A DNA stretch of 42,454 nt from an uncultured Pseudomonadota bacterium (lineage in GTDB: Bacteria > Pseudomonadota > Alphaproteobacteria > Rs-D84), in the NCBI GenBank assembly GCA_949292385.1, contig CASEZC010000034.1, positions 1 through 42,454 on the forward strand, written 5' to 3'. Shown here piece by piece: positions 17,798 to 27,546 of this stretch. Positions within the stretch are counted from its first letter, which is position 1. Each line of letters begins with the position of its first letter. A program made the translations under genes and the position numbers. A model generated the notes under the pieces. The model was given only the letters and a program-made list of their open reading frames with translations, was not told the DNA's origin and made no database searches.

Positions 17798-20700
17798 TTA
17801 GCCTTCGCCGTTTTCTTTAACCTCTGGCGCATTTTTCATTGCAAAGTGAGCAATATATTTTTTCAATTCGCTCTTATACTTATTATTTTCCTTTGCTTCC
17901 TCAACCAAATGGTCAAAGTTAGGATTTGCCGCACGCGCAGCACCAAAACGACTTTCCGTCTTCAAGAAGTCTTCCAATGGTGTAACATTATCAACATTAG
18001 AATCCAACGATAACGGATTCTGACCGCTCATAATCAAATCAGGATTAAATCTATACAAAGGCCATGCCCCTGTACTTACCATCTGCATTTGATGTTCTGG
18101 TCCATTTTGCAATGCGAACCCGTGCGCGATACATGGCGCATAAGCCAATATGATAGATGGTCCATTAAAGGCTTCTGCTTCACGGAATGCACGAATCGCC
18201 TGTGCTTGATTTGCGCCCAATGCAATCTGAGCAACATACGCACCTGACATCATTGCAATCATACCTAAATCTTTCTTTGCATGTTCTTTACCACCAATTG
18301 CAAATTTCATACTTGCTCCAAACGGAGTAGATTTAGATTGTTGCCCACCGGTATTAGAATAACCTTCTGTATCCAAGACCAAGATATTTACATTTTCACC
18401 ACTATGCAATATATGGTCTAAACCACCATAACCAATATCGTATGCCCAACCGTCACCGCCGATAATCCAAACAGACTTATCAACGATTTCACCCAGCAAA
18501 CTAAGAGCTAATTTAGCACGAGGCGAATCGATTTTTTCTATTGTCTTACGCAAATCAGCTTCTATTTCACGTTGTTTTTCTGGGTTACGTTCATCAAATA
18601 ATTCTTCTACGTTCGGCACATCCAGTTCAAATAATAAGCCCTTCAACGCATTACGCTTTTGATTCAAAGCCAAACGCATACCAAGCCCATATTCCGCATT
18701 ATCTTCAAACAAAGAGTTTGACCATGCAGGACCACGCCCGTTATTATCTTTTGTCCATGGTGTTGTAGGTAAATTTGCCCCATAAATAGAAGAACAACCT
18801 GTTGCATTAGCAACGACCATTCTGTCACCAAACAAGTGTGACAGCATTTTTATATAAGGCGTTTCCCCACAACCAGCGCAAGCACCTGGAAATTCAAAAT
18901 AATGAGGCAATAACTCTACGTGCTTTGGGATATTCAAATTCAGTTTTTCTTTTGGAAAATCTGGAAGTTTTACCGCTGCATCAAAAGCCTTCTGGTTTTC
19001 TGACGCATCTTTTAATTGCATCATAGACAGCGCTTTTACAGGACAATTTTTTACACATACATTACACCCCGTACAATCAGCTGGCGAGATATTCAAAGTA
19101 TAATACATATTTTGCCCCAATTCTGGCGTTTTCATTGGGACAACTATTATACCCTCTTTACGTGCTTCTTCCGCCTGTTGTTCTGTCATAACCTTGATAC
19201 GTATTGCCGCATGAGGACACAATGTAGAACATTTTCCACACTGTATACACTTAGACAAATCGCAAGTTGCTACTTTATCTGATATTGCACGTTTTTCATA
19301 TTTAGCTGTACCGACAGGATATTGCCCTGCTCCGAATTCTCCTTCAATGCGGAAACGAGATACAGGCAAAGAATCGCCACGTTGCGCCGCCATTTCACCC
19401 AACGTTCCAGCAATTTCTGCTGGCGTATCCAACGTCATAGCTGGCACAAAATCTGGTGCAAAACTAGATATAGAAGATGGTAATTTATATTCTTGTAAAA
19501 ATTCACCTGCCTTATCAACTGCGGCCCAGTTAGCTTCTACAACATCCATTCCCTTCTTCTTATATGTTTTTTCAATCGCGACTTTTGCACTTTTAGCGGC
19601 AACTTCTGGGTCAATAACTTTTGTTAAGTTAAAGAAATTCAACATTATAAAAGTATTAATTCTGTTACCCAACCCTAATTCTGCAGCCGCACGATTAGCA
19701 TCCAAGAAGAAAACACGTGCACGCATTCTGATTAAATGTTCCTGACTTTCACGTGGCAAGTTTGCAAACGCAACTTCTGGTGTCATAGAAGTATTAATCA
19801 TAACCGTACCACCTGCACGTAACCCTTTAAACACATCGAATCTTTGTGCAATCATAAAGTTAGAAACGCTTATAAAGTCAGCAACTTCTATCAAATATTG
19901 ACTTTTAATAGGTTCATCTGAAAAACGAACATGAGAAGCCGTCAATCCACCAGATTTTTTAGAATCATATACCGCATAAGACTGTGGATATAAATCAGAA
20001 TTTTCACCAACTATTTTAACAATATTCTTAACTGCACCAACAGTACCATCAGAACCGATACCATATAAAATAGCTGTTTTAAAGTTTGGTGCCTCTACCG
20101 CAAAAGCAGGGTCAGTTTTTAAAGACAAACCTGTTAAATCATCGTCTATTCCAACAGTGAAATTGTGATGTAGTTTTCCTAACATCAAATTTTCATAAAC
20201 AGCCTTTACATCACGAGGTTTAAATTCTTTACTGCCCAAACCATAACGTCCACCAAATACCTCTGCTGAATCGCCTACAACCGTTTTTACATCTTGATAC
20301 AAAGGTTCACCAATTGCCCCTGGTTCCTTTGTTCTATCTAATACAGCAATTCTTTTTACTGTTTTTGGCAACGCGGCCAAAAATGCTTCGCTAGGGAATG
20401 GACGGAATAAATGAACTTTTAATAACCCTAAACCTTTTGGCAAATAAGGCAATGTTTCTTCAATTGTCTCGCAAGCACTACCCATAGCAACGATGACATT
20501 TTCCGCATTCTCATCCCCCACATAATCAACCAAGTGATATTGACGACCAGTTAATTTTGCGAATTTATCCATACATTCTTGAACAACTTCTGGTGTTTTC
20601 ATGTACAAAGGATTTGACGCTTCACGCCCTTGGAAATAAACGTCAGGGTTTTGTGCTGTTCCACGGATAGTAGGCTTATCAGGTGTCATGCCACGTTCAC

Positions 20701-21304
20701 GATTTTTCAGAACTAATTCGTCTGGAATCATTTCCCGCAAGACATCATCACTTACTCTATCTAATCTTGATTCTTCATGACTTGTGCGGAAACCATCAAA
20801 GAAATGCAAGAAAGGCACACGCGTACGCAAAGTTGCAGCATGTGCAACCGCTGCCAAATCTTGCGCCTGCTGAACATTATGGCTTGATAACAAAGCAAAG
20901 CCCGTTGAACGAACAGACATAACGTCACTATGATCACCAAAAATAGATAACGCATGCGTTGCCAGCGCACGTGCTGCAACATGCATTACAAAAGGTGTTT
21001 GTTCACCAGCAATTTTATACATATTTGGAATCATCAACAGCAATCCTTGCGAAGCAGTAAAAGTAGTTGCCAATGAGCCCATCTGCAACGCACCGTGCAT
21101 AGCACCAGCCGCCCCACCTTCTGATTGCATTTCTATAATCTGTGGTATTGTTCCCCAAATATTCTTTTTATGTTGAAAAGACCATTCATCTGCCAATTCA
21201 CCCATTGTACTGCTGGGCGTAATAGGATAAATAGCCGCAAAATCTACGCATCTATACGCAACGTCTGCCGCTGCCCAGTTACCATCAACTATTAAATTTG
21301 CCAT
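17798..21304 (-). CDS. nifJ: Pyruvate:ferredoxin (flavodoxin) oxidoreductase, single chain
   Basis: YPITP, MQSEGGAAG, FFDGFRTSHE, two CxxCxxCxxxCP clusters, GACAGCGET, GGDGWAYDIGYGG. Confidence 0.98.
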   Translation of the reverse strand: MANLIVDGNWAAADVAYRCVDFAAIYPITPSSTMGELADEWSFQHKKNIWGTIPQIIEMQSEGGAAGAMHGALQMGSLATTFTASQGLLLMIPNMYKIAGEQTPFVMHVAARALATHALSIFGDHSDVMSVRSTGFALLSSHNVQQAQDLAAVAHAATLRTRVPFLHFFDGFRTSHEESRLDRVSDDVLREMIPDELVLKNRERGMTPDKPTIRGTAQNPDVYFQGREASNPLYMKTPEVVQECMDKFAKLTGRQYHLVDYVGDENAENVIVAMGSACETIEETLPYLPKGLGLLKVHLFRPFPSEAFLAALPKTVKRIAVLDRTKEPGAIGEPLYQDVKTVVGDSAEVFGGRYGLGSKEFKPRDVKAVYENLMLGKLHHNFTVGIDDDLTGLSLKTDPAFAVEAPNFKTAILYGIGSDGTVGAVKNIVKIVGENSDLYPQSYAVYDSKKSGGLTASHVRFSDEPIKSQYLIEVADFISVSNFMIAQRFDVFKGLRAGGTVMINTSMTPEVAFANLPRESQEHLIRMRARVFFLDANRAAAELGLGNRINTFIMLNFFNLTKVIDPEVAAKSAKVAIEKTYKKKGMDVVEANWAAVDKAGEFLQEYKLPSSISSFAPDFVPAMTLDTPAEIAGTLGEMAAQRGDSLPVSRFRIEGEFGAGQYPVGTAKYEKRAISDKVATCDLSKCIQCGKCSTLCPHAAIRIKVMTEQQAEEARKEGIIVVPMKTPELGQNMYYTLNISPADCTGCNVCVKNCPVKALSMMQLKDASENQKAFDAAVKLPDFPKEKLNLNIPKHVELLPHYFEFPGACAGCGETPYIKMLSHLFGDRMVVANATGCSSIYGANLPTTPWTKDNNGRGPAWSNSLFEDNAEYGLGMRLALNQKRNALKGLLFELDVPNVEELFDERNPEKQREIEADLRKTIEKIDSPRAKLALSLLGEIVDKSVWIIGGDGWAYDIGYGGLDHILHSGENVNILVLDTEGYSNTGGQQSKSTPFGASMKFAIGGKEHAKKDLGMIAMMSGAYVAQIALGANQAQAIRAFREAEAFNGPSIILAYAPCIAHGFALQNGPEHQMQMVSTGAWPLYRFNPDLIMSGQNPLSLDSNVDNVTPLEDFLKTESRFGAARAANPNFDHLVEEAKENNKYKSELKKYIAHFAMKNAPEVKENGEG

Positions 21305-21400
21305 TTTTTCTTCCTTAAAATTCGTACAAGGTAAATAATACCCCCATTTAATTATTAAGGCAAGTTTTATTAAAATATTGACAAAAACAGCAAATTTATT

Positions 21401-22438
21401 TTATTTAGTTTTTTGTTCTGATGAAAAATATTTCTTCAAAAGATTAAATCTATAAGAAATTGCGTTTTTTATTATATCGTTTCTAGCATAATTCACGGAA
21501 ACATCTTTCCCTTTTGGTATTCCGCTAAGAGTTCTGAGATTATTATACGAACAATCATAAAACTTTGCTTTTTTAGGTCCGCCTTCTAATGTTTCAAGAT
21601 AATTTCCTTTACAAATAAAAGAATCTACCGCATCCGGTGCCCCACAAAGCGTTACTAAATTATTCCAAGAACAATTATAAAATTTTGCCGTTTTTGGACC
21701 ATTTTCTAAAGACTTTAAATAATTATAACTACAATTAATAGAAACTATACCCTCTGGACAACCTTTTAACTCTTTTAACTTATTGTTAGAGCAATCAAAC
21801 GTGCCCACCCTTTTTATACCATCTTTAAGAGTAGTTATTTTATTTTTATGACAATAAAAAACATTTAACTCTTTTGGCGCACCTTTCAAAGTCTTTAATA
21901 AATTCCAAGAGCAATCATAGACAGGCGCAAACTTCGGTCCCCCATCTAAAGACAACAGTTTATTACTGCTGCAACAAAAGTATTCTTGCACAGAATCTGG
22001 CGCATACCTTAAACTACTTAACTTATTATTAGAACAATCATAGATTTTAGCTTCTTTTGGACCACCATGTAGAGAGGACAATAAATTATTATTACAATAA
22101 AACTCTTCAACAATTTCTGGTGCGCCATCCAAAGAACTCAATTGACAATGTGCACAATTAAAAACATTTACAATCTTAGGACCATGCAATAAATTGCTTA
22201 TATCATTAAACATACAATTAAAATTTCTGGCAACCATTGGCGCGCCACGTAAAGTCCTAAGATTATTAGACGAACAATCAAAACTACCTAAAACAACTAT
22301 TGTTGATAAATCAGGTAATTCTGTTAGCCCCATTTCAGAAATATCAATGTTACCTTTTACCACCAACCACTTTGGTAAATCGAAAACATCATATTTTGTA
22401 CCATCCTGTACAAAAAATCTTTTACTGTTATTTTCCAT
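21401..22438 (-). CDS. Leucine-rich repeat protein, 13 repeats of about 20 aa
   Basis: Repeats (F/Y)xCxxNxLxxLxG(A/G)Pxxxxx; no signal peptide; GGAG SD. Confidence 0.85.
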   Translation of the reverse strand: MENNSKRFFVQDGTKYDVFDLPKWLVVKGNIDISEMGLTELPDLSTIVVLGSFDCSSNNLRTLRGAPMVARNFNCMFNDISNLLHGPKIVNVFNCAHCQLSSLDGAPEIVEEFYCNNNLLSSLHGGPKEAKIYDCSNNKLSSLRYAPDSVQEYFCCSSNKLLSLDGGPKFAPVYDCSWNLLKTLKGAPKELNVFYCHKNKITTLKDGIKRVGTFDCSNNKLKELKGCPEGIVSINCSYNYLKSLENGPKTAKFYNCSWNNLVTLCGAPDAVDSFICKGNYLETLEGGPKKAKFYDCSYNNLRTLSGIPKGKDVSVNYARNDIIKNAISYRFNLLKKYFSSEQKTK

Positions 22439-22454
22439 TTCTATCGGAGACTTA

Positions 22455-23015
22455 TTATTTTTCTTTTTGTATCGTTTTTCTGCTTAAAAATTGCTTTAAC
22501 TGTTCAAATCTATAAGCCAAAGCATTCTTCACAAAATCATTACCCGAGCTATAAAAAGCTATATTTTGTGTTTTTGGAGCCCCATATAAACTGATAAGAT
22601 TATTTTTTGAACAGTCATAAATTTTTGCTTCTTTTGGACCACCTTCAAGATCTTTCAACTGATTGTAAGAGCAAACGAACTCTACCACAGCTTCTGGCGC
22701 TCCTTTCAAAGTCTTTAATGAATTACAAAAACAATTGTAAATTCTTGCTTTCTTAGGTCCATATTCCAAAGAAGTCAACTTATTAAAATTACATGCAAAT
22801 ACATCAACTTCTTTTGGCGCACCTTTTAAACTTGTTAAAAAGTTTCTAGAACAATCAAAAATACCTTTAACAACAACCGTAGACAAATCAGGCAACTCAG
22901 TTAAATCCATATCAGAAATATCAATATTGCCTTTTACTACAAAGTTTTTTGGTAAATTGAAAACATCATATTTTTTGCCGTCTTGTATAAAATATCTTTT
23001 TTGCTCGTTTCTCAT
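22455..23015 (-). CDS. Leucine-rich repeat protein, 5 repeats of 20 aa; paralog of the downstream gene
   Basis: Shared cap QDGxKYDVFxLPKxxVVKGNIDISxMxLTELPDLST and tail NDxxKNAxxYRFxxLK; start ATG 23015 with AAGGA SD. Confidence 0.85.
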   Translation of the reverse strand: MRNEQKRYFIQDGKKYDVFNLPKNFVVKGNIDISDMDLTELPDLSTVVVKGIFDCSRNFLTSLKGAPKEVDVFACNFNKLTSLEYGPKKARIYNCFCNSLKTLKGAPEAVVEFVCSYNQLKDLEGGPKEAKIYDCSKNNLISLYGAPKTQNIAFYSSGNDFVKNALAYRFEQLKQFLSRKTIQKEK

Positions 23016-23112
23016 ATAAATCCTTTTAAACACAAATTAAGATTATGCAATCAGACACAAGCAATGTCAACAAAGAATATTTTCGTCAACAAAACATAAT
23101 TATTAATAAAAC

Positions 23113-23140
23113 AAAAAAAACAGGGGCACCAAGCCCCTAT
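23113..23140 (-). terminator. Terminator after the S41 peptidase gene
   Basis: AGGGGC-ACCAA-GCCCCT with an adjacent A-run (U tail on the minus strand). Confidence 0.7.
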
Positions 23141-23143
23141 TTC

Positions 23144-24601
23144 TTATTTTTTGTCTTTCTTCTTTGTTTCTTTATCTTTTGTTTCTTTTTTTACATCTTT
23201 TTTATCTGAACTTTTATCTGAAGCTTCTTCTGCTTTTTCTGCATCATCAGCTTTTTCTTTGTTTTCAGCTAACTTTTCGCTTCTGGCTTGCAACTTTGAC
23301 ATAGCAATTACCATATCCATACCTCGTTGCAATTGATAATCCAAAGCATCTTTTTCTTCATCGGTCAGTTCTTTTTCTTCGTCATCCGATTTCTTTTTAT
23401 CTTTTTTATCTGATTCTTCGTTTTTCAAAGCATTCTTAAACGAGGCTTCTGAATACATACTTTCTTTTCTTTCCAGAACCTCTACCTTACTTTGTAAAAC
23501 TTCTACATCAGGAGTAATGCCTTCACCCTGAATAGAATGTCCGCTTGGGGTATAATAACGTGCAATCGTTATATGAATTGCAGTTCCATCCCCCAGTGGT
23601 TTTTGCTGCTGAACACTGCCCTTACCAAAACTTTGGCTGCCCATAACCAAACCACGTCCATTATCTTGCAAGGCCCCTGCAACAATCTCTGAAGCTGACG
23701 CAGAACCATGATTAATCAAAACCACAATTGGTTTTCCATTTGTTAAATCACCTTTTTTAGCATATACACGTTCTATATCAGTTTTTTCTTTTCCACGTGT
23801 AGAAACGATTTCACCACCGTCTAAAAATGCATCAGCAACATCTATTGCAGCAGTTAAATACCCCCCTGGGTTATTACGAACGTCCAAGACGTAACCTATA
23901 ACATCTTTCTTTTCCAACTTTTTTATGGCTTCATTTAATTCTTTTGAAGTAGTCGCACCAAAATCAGAAATTCTTACATAACCAATTTTTTCCGCATCTT
24001 CACCAGAATCCGCCAAAGACTTTACTTCTGATTTTACAGAATCAACTTTTATTATTGCGCGCTTTAAAGTCAAAGTTCTTGGCTCTTTACCTTCTGATAT
24101 AATGGTCAATTTTACTTTTGTCCCTGGGCGTCCTTTCATCTTTTTAACAGCCTGATTCAAGGTCATATCAAAAACCTGTTCATCATCGATATGAGTAATA
24201 TAATCACCCGCTTTAATTCCCGCTTTTTCTGCTGGTGTATCATCAATCGGAGAAATTACACGAACAGCCCCACGGTCACTGGTAATTTGAATACCCAACC
24301 CACCGAACTCACCATGAGATTTATCATTAAATTCTTTAAAATCGTCAGCTGATAAGTATGAAGAATGAGGATCCAAAGCCCCCAGCATGCCATTCATAGC
24401 AGCTTCCAACATCTTTTTTTCATCGGCCTCTTCTACGAAAGAATCACGTGCGACCTCAAAAACAAGCGCCAGTTTTTTTAACTGTTCATAAATCTGTTCA
24501 TCTGTCAAATGTTCAACAGGTTCTTCCTTTTTTGTTTTATCGGCTGCAAAAACAGTAACAGGCATTAATAACGCAGTAAAAACAAGCAATTTCTTTAACA
24601 T
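23144..24601 (-). CDS. ctpA: Carboxyl-terminal processing protease (S41A) with PDZ domain
   Basis: LDPHSSY, GEFGGLGI, DVRNNPGG, SASASEIVAGALQD, FGKGSVQ, YYTPSG; start MLKK at 24601 with AGGAAAGG SD. Confidence 0.95.
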   Translation of the reverse strand: MLKKLLVFTALLMPVTVFAADKTKKEEPVEHLTDEQIYEQLKKLALVFEVARDSFVEEADEKKMLEAAMNGMLGALDPHSSYLSADDFKEFNDKSHGEFGGLGIQITSDRGAVRVISPIDDTPAEKAGIKAGDYITHIDDEQVFDMTLNQAVKKMKGRPGTKVKLTIISEGKEPRTLTLKRAIIKVDSVKSEVKSLADSGEDAEKIGYVRISDFGATTSKELNEAIKKLEKKDVIGYVLDVRNNPGGYLTAAIDVADAFLDGGEIVSTRGKEKTDIERVYAKKGDLTNGKPIVVLINHGSASASEIVAGALQDNGRGLVMGSQSFGKGSVQQQKPLGDGTAIHITIARYYTPSGHSIQGEGITPDVEVLQSKVEVLERKESMYSEASFKNALKNEESDKKDKKKSDDEEKELTDEEKDALDYQLQRGMDMVIAMSKLQARSEKLAENKEKADDAEKAEEASDKSSDKKDVKKETKDKETKKKDKK

Positions 24602-24703
24602 AGCTTTTCCTTTCCTAAAAGATATAAAACAATTAATAAAACAAAGATAAAACAAAAATAAAACTATCGCAACAACGATTTTAAATAAAACGCTCGATAA
24701 ATA

Positions 24704-24731
24704 TTGACAAATATCTTTTAAGCACTATATT
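24704..24731 (+). promoter_or_regulatory. Promoter of the Fic gene
   Basis: TTGACA-16 nt-TATATT, then AAGG SD and ATG 24750. Confidence 0.65.
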
Positions 24732-24749
24732 TAAGATAAAGGTAAAAAA

Positions 24750-25466
24750 ATGAATAAAGACAAAGAAATTATTGAAGAAAACAGAAAAATAATAACAAAA
24801 TTGTTATCTGGATCTGATACTACAAAGCGCTTAAACAATATGAATTGGTTGCGCCATGAGATATCTTATACAGAGCCAAGAACATTGTTTTACATACCAA
24901 GCAAGGAACAGCAACCATACCTTGATTATAACTGCATGAAAAACATTGGCGAAGCCTATGATTATATACTAGCCAACCCAAAAACTGAAATAAATCCAAT
25001 AGAAATTTGCAAAATACACAGTATTTTGTGTGCCGATACACATATTCAAGGCGGTTTATTCAGAAGCAGTGACAAAATATTAGAAATAAGAATAAATGGT
25101 GACAGAATGCATGCACCAGACGCAAAAGAAATTCAGTACCATTTAAACGAAATTGTATATAAATCTAAAGATTCTAAAGTTCCTGTATTAAATAGAGCTT
25201 TTGATATACACTATGAATTAATTGCCTTACAACCATTTGATGACTTTAACAAAAGAACGTCCAGACTAGTAATGAATTGGTTCTTGGTCCAAAATGGTTA
25301 CAGACCGATTGTTTTCAACAAGCCATCTGACAAACAAAAGTATATTACAGCTTTTACCGAACGTGCAAATGGAGACATAAAATCATATAATAATTATATG
25401 TACAGTTGTATGATAAGAACTCAAAACGAAATAATAAAACTATTAAAAAAATCCAAAATATTATAA
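24750..25466 (+). CDS. Fic/Doc family protein with non-canonical active site
   Basis: ICKIHSIL...GGLFR; HYELIALQPFDDFNKRTSRLVMNWFLVQNGY. Confidence 0.88.
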   Translation: MNKDKEIIEENRKIITKLLSGSDTTKRLNNMNWLRHEISYTEPRTLFYIPSKEQQPYLDYNCMKNIGEAYDYILANPKTEINPIEICKIHSILCADTHIQGGLFRSSDKILEIRINGDRMHAPDAKEIQYHLNEIVYKSKDSKVPVLNRAFDIHYELIALQPFDDFNKRTSRLVMNWFLVQNGYRPIVFNKPSDKQKYITAFTERANGDIKSYNNYMYSCMIRTQNEIIKLLKKSKIL

Positions 25467-25499
25467 TAGATACAATAAATAAAAAAATCAGTTTACAAA

Positions 25500-26420
25500 T
25501 TATTTTGTAAACTGATTTTCTATCTCCATAATTTGTTGTATTTGCTTTCTCATAAACGCAACTTTTTCTAAATTATTATCAGCACTTTTTTGATTTACAG
25601 GATTTACACGCAAATCATCAGAAGCCTTGATAAAACGCTTTAACCTTACAATCATCAGGCGATATTTGGTAATATCTTTCAAAACTTCGCTTTTATATCC
25701 AGGTATAGAATATAAATCTTTATCATGTAATTTCGCATAAACTTCATAAACATTTTTATAGATATCCAGCTCTATCTGTACAGGAGCAAAAATATCATGA
25801 TAAATGAAACGATAATCAGCTTCTGCGAAATCGATAAAAGACAACTTATTCTTTTCCGCGTCATACAAAACGTTACCTGAATTCAAATCTCCATGAGACC
25901 ATACCTGACGAGATTCATACTCAAAATTACCTATTTCATCGCGAACTTTTGCCATTTGCATAGTTTCTTTTTTTGTAAACCATACAGACATTTTATTTTC
26001 GACAAATTTATCCAAGCGATTAAATTTAATTTCATTGCTAAGTTTATATTTTTCAATATCTTTGGCAGGCTTTGACTCATTCATATCTACCAAAAAACTT
26101 CCTAAACTATTAACAATCTCAAATTTTTGCCGACGAGACAGTTTACTATACAATTCTGCCGTCAAGGGCTGACCTGGCGCTCTTTCTTCAAGAATCTGAA
26201 ATTCTTCATCATTAATAAATCGCATTGCAGGTACATTATATACAGGGTTACCTACTGCGCGAATAGCATCAATAGCTTCCTTCGTTTTATGCTGTTTTTT
26301 CAGCCAAAGTTGCTTTTTAACATCCCCACTATCCGGCAAAGGACGCTTCAATACAAAATCATCACCGTAATAAACAGCGTAAGTTTCACGACCATGATTG
26401 AATTTATTTATCTCTACCAT
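25500..26420 (-). CDS. APH/choline-kinase-like phosphotransferase
   Basis: FVLKRP, HGDLNSGNV Brenner motif, FIDFAE. Confidence 0.88.
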   Translation of the reverse strand: MVEINKFNHGRETYAVYYGDDFVLKRPLPDSGDVKKQLWLKKQHKTKEAIDAIRAVGNPVYNVPAMRFINDEEFQILEERAPGQPLTAELYSKLSRRQKFEIVNSLGSFLVDMNESKPAKDIEKYKLSNEIKFNRLDKFVENKMSVWFTKKETMQMAKVRDEIGNFEYESRQVWSHGDLNSGNVLYDAEKNKLSFIDFAEADYRFIYHDIFAPVQIELDIYKNVYEVYAKLHDKDLYSIPGYKSEVLKDITKYRLMIVRLKRFIKASDDLRVNPVNQKSADNNLEKVAFMRKQIQQIMEIENQFTK

Positions 26421-26427
26421 ATTGACA

Positions 26428-26455
26428 AATATAGCAATTTAATCTTATTCGTCAA
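26428..26455 (-). promoter_or_regulatory. Promoter of the phosphotransferase gene, near-leaderless
   Basis: TTGACG-16 nt-TATATT with TG extension, 7 nt before ATG 26420. Confidence 0.6.
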
Positions 26456-26466
26456 GTGTTTTAAGA

Positions 26467-27546
26467 TTATTTTTGTTCTTTAAACAGCTTAGCTGGGTCG
26501 ACTGCTTTATTTCCGCGACGAACTTCCAAATACATTTCTGGCTTATCAGGATCCATTCTACCAATTGGTTCACCTGCCAAAACTTCTTGTCCCAACATTA
26601 CATTTATTACGCCAAGATTCGTCATAACCGTATTATATCCATTTTTATGAGACATAATGACAACCTTGCCGAAACCTTTAAAGCTGTCTGCAAACTTAAC
26701 TTCACCATCTGCCGGTGCCATAACAAGCGCCTCATCACGAACACGTATACGCCAACCATCAGACTTTAATCCAAGCGCTGTTTTTTCACCAAAATGCACG
26801 ACCACCTTTCCACGAACGGGCTGATTTAACTTACGGAAAGAAAATCTTGAATCTCCAGACATTTCAGAGCTCCCAACGCCAGCAGATAATTCAGAAATAG
26901 TTTTTGCGCGCGCCGACAATTCACGCAATTTATTCTGCAATGCAGATTGTTGACTTCTTAACTTTTGATTCTGAACAGAACGAGTTCTTAATAACTTATC
27001 TAACTCATTTTTTTCTGACGCATACTTTTTTGCCGTTCTATCCAATTTTTCTTTTTCTATGGCTCTTTCTTCACGCAACTTTTCAAGTTCTTCTATTTTT
27101 TCGGTTGCGCTTTTTATTTCTGAATCAAAACTATCAGCAGCCCCAGATAAAACGGCCGATGTTAAAACGTATTCACGCATATCATCAGAATCAAAATTAG
27201 GATGCGACGCTATAAATAAAATACTCGCAGCCGAGTCGGCAATACGTCCTTGGTTTTCCTTTAAGGACTTTTGTAATTCTGCCTGTTTTGCATCTATTTC
27301 TTTTATTTTTTTAGATACTATACTTCTTTGTTCTTCTAACATACTAACTTGGTCTGCCGCTTTAACCAACTTCTTTTTGGTATCTGCAACATCCCTGTCA
27401 GAAGTCTTTACTTGTTGTTCCAGTTTTTTATTTTGTTGTTCTGTTTGCTTTATTTGTGCCTGTATTTTAGAAAGCTCGCTAGTGGCGTAACATGGTTGCG
27501 CCACTGTGACAAACATCAAAGAAAAAACTAACGCTAATTTCTTCAT
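26467..27546 (-). CDS. envC: Murein hydrolase activator EnvC family (coiled coil plus degenerate M23)
   Basis: Signal peptide, long coiled coil, APADGEVKFA..FKGFG..VI..H, YLEVR...VDP; lacks the HxxxD/HxH zinc ligands. Confidence 0.85.
   Translation of the reverse strand: MKKLALVFSLMFVTVAQPCYATSELSKIQAQIKQTEQQNKKLEQQVKTSDRDVADTKKKLVKAADQVSMLEEQRSIVSKKIKEIDAKQAELQKSLKENQGRIADSAASILFIASHPNFDSDDMREYVLTSAVLSGAADSFDSEIKSATEKIEELEKLREERAIEKEKLDRTAKKYASEKNELDKLLRTRSVQNQKLRSQQSALQNKLRELSARAKTISELSAGVGSSEMSGDSRFSFRKLNQPVRGKVVVHFGEKTALGLKSDGWRIRVRDEALVMAPADGEVKFADSFKGFGKVVIMSHKNGYNTVMTNLGVINVMLGQEVLAGEPIGRMDPDKPEMYLEVRRGNKAVDPAKLFKEQK

Noticed and set aside
21401-23015. Diversity-generating retroelement acting on the LRR genes
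   Set aside because: No reverse transcriptase and no near-identical template/variable repeat pair differing only at adenines.
25500-26420. Aminoglycoside resistance gene
   Set aside because: Only fold-level APH/choline kinase motifs are visible; substrate cannot be assigned and there is no mobile context.
26467-26900. Inactivated M23 peptidase as a novelty
   Set aside because: Loss of zinc ligands is the normal state of EnvC-family activators.
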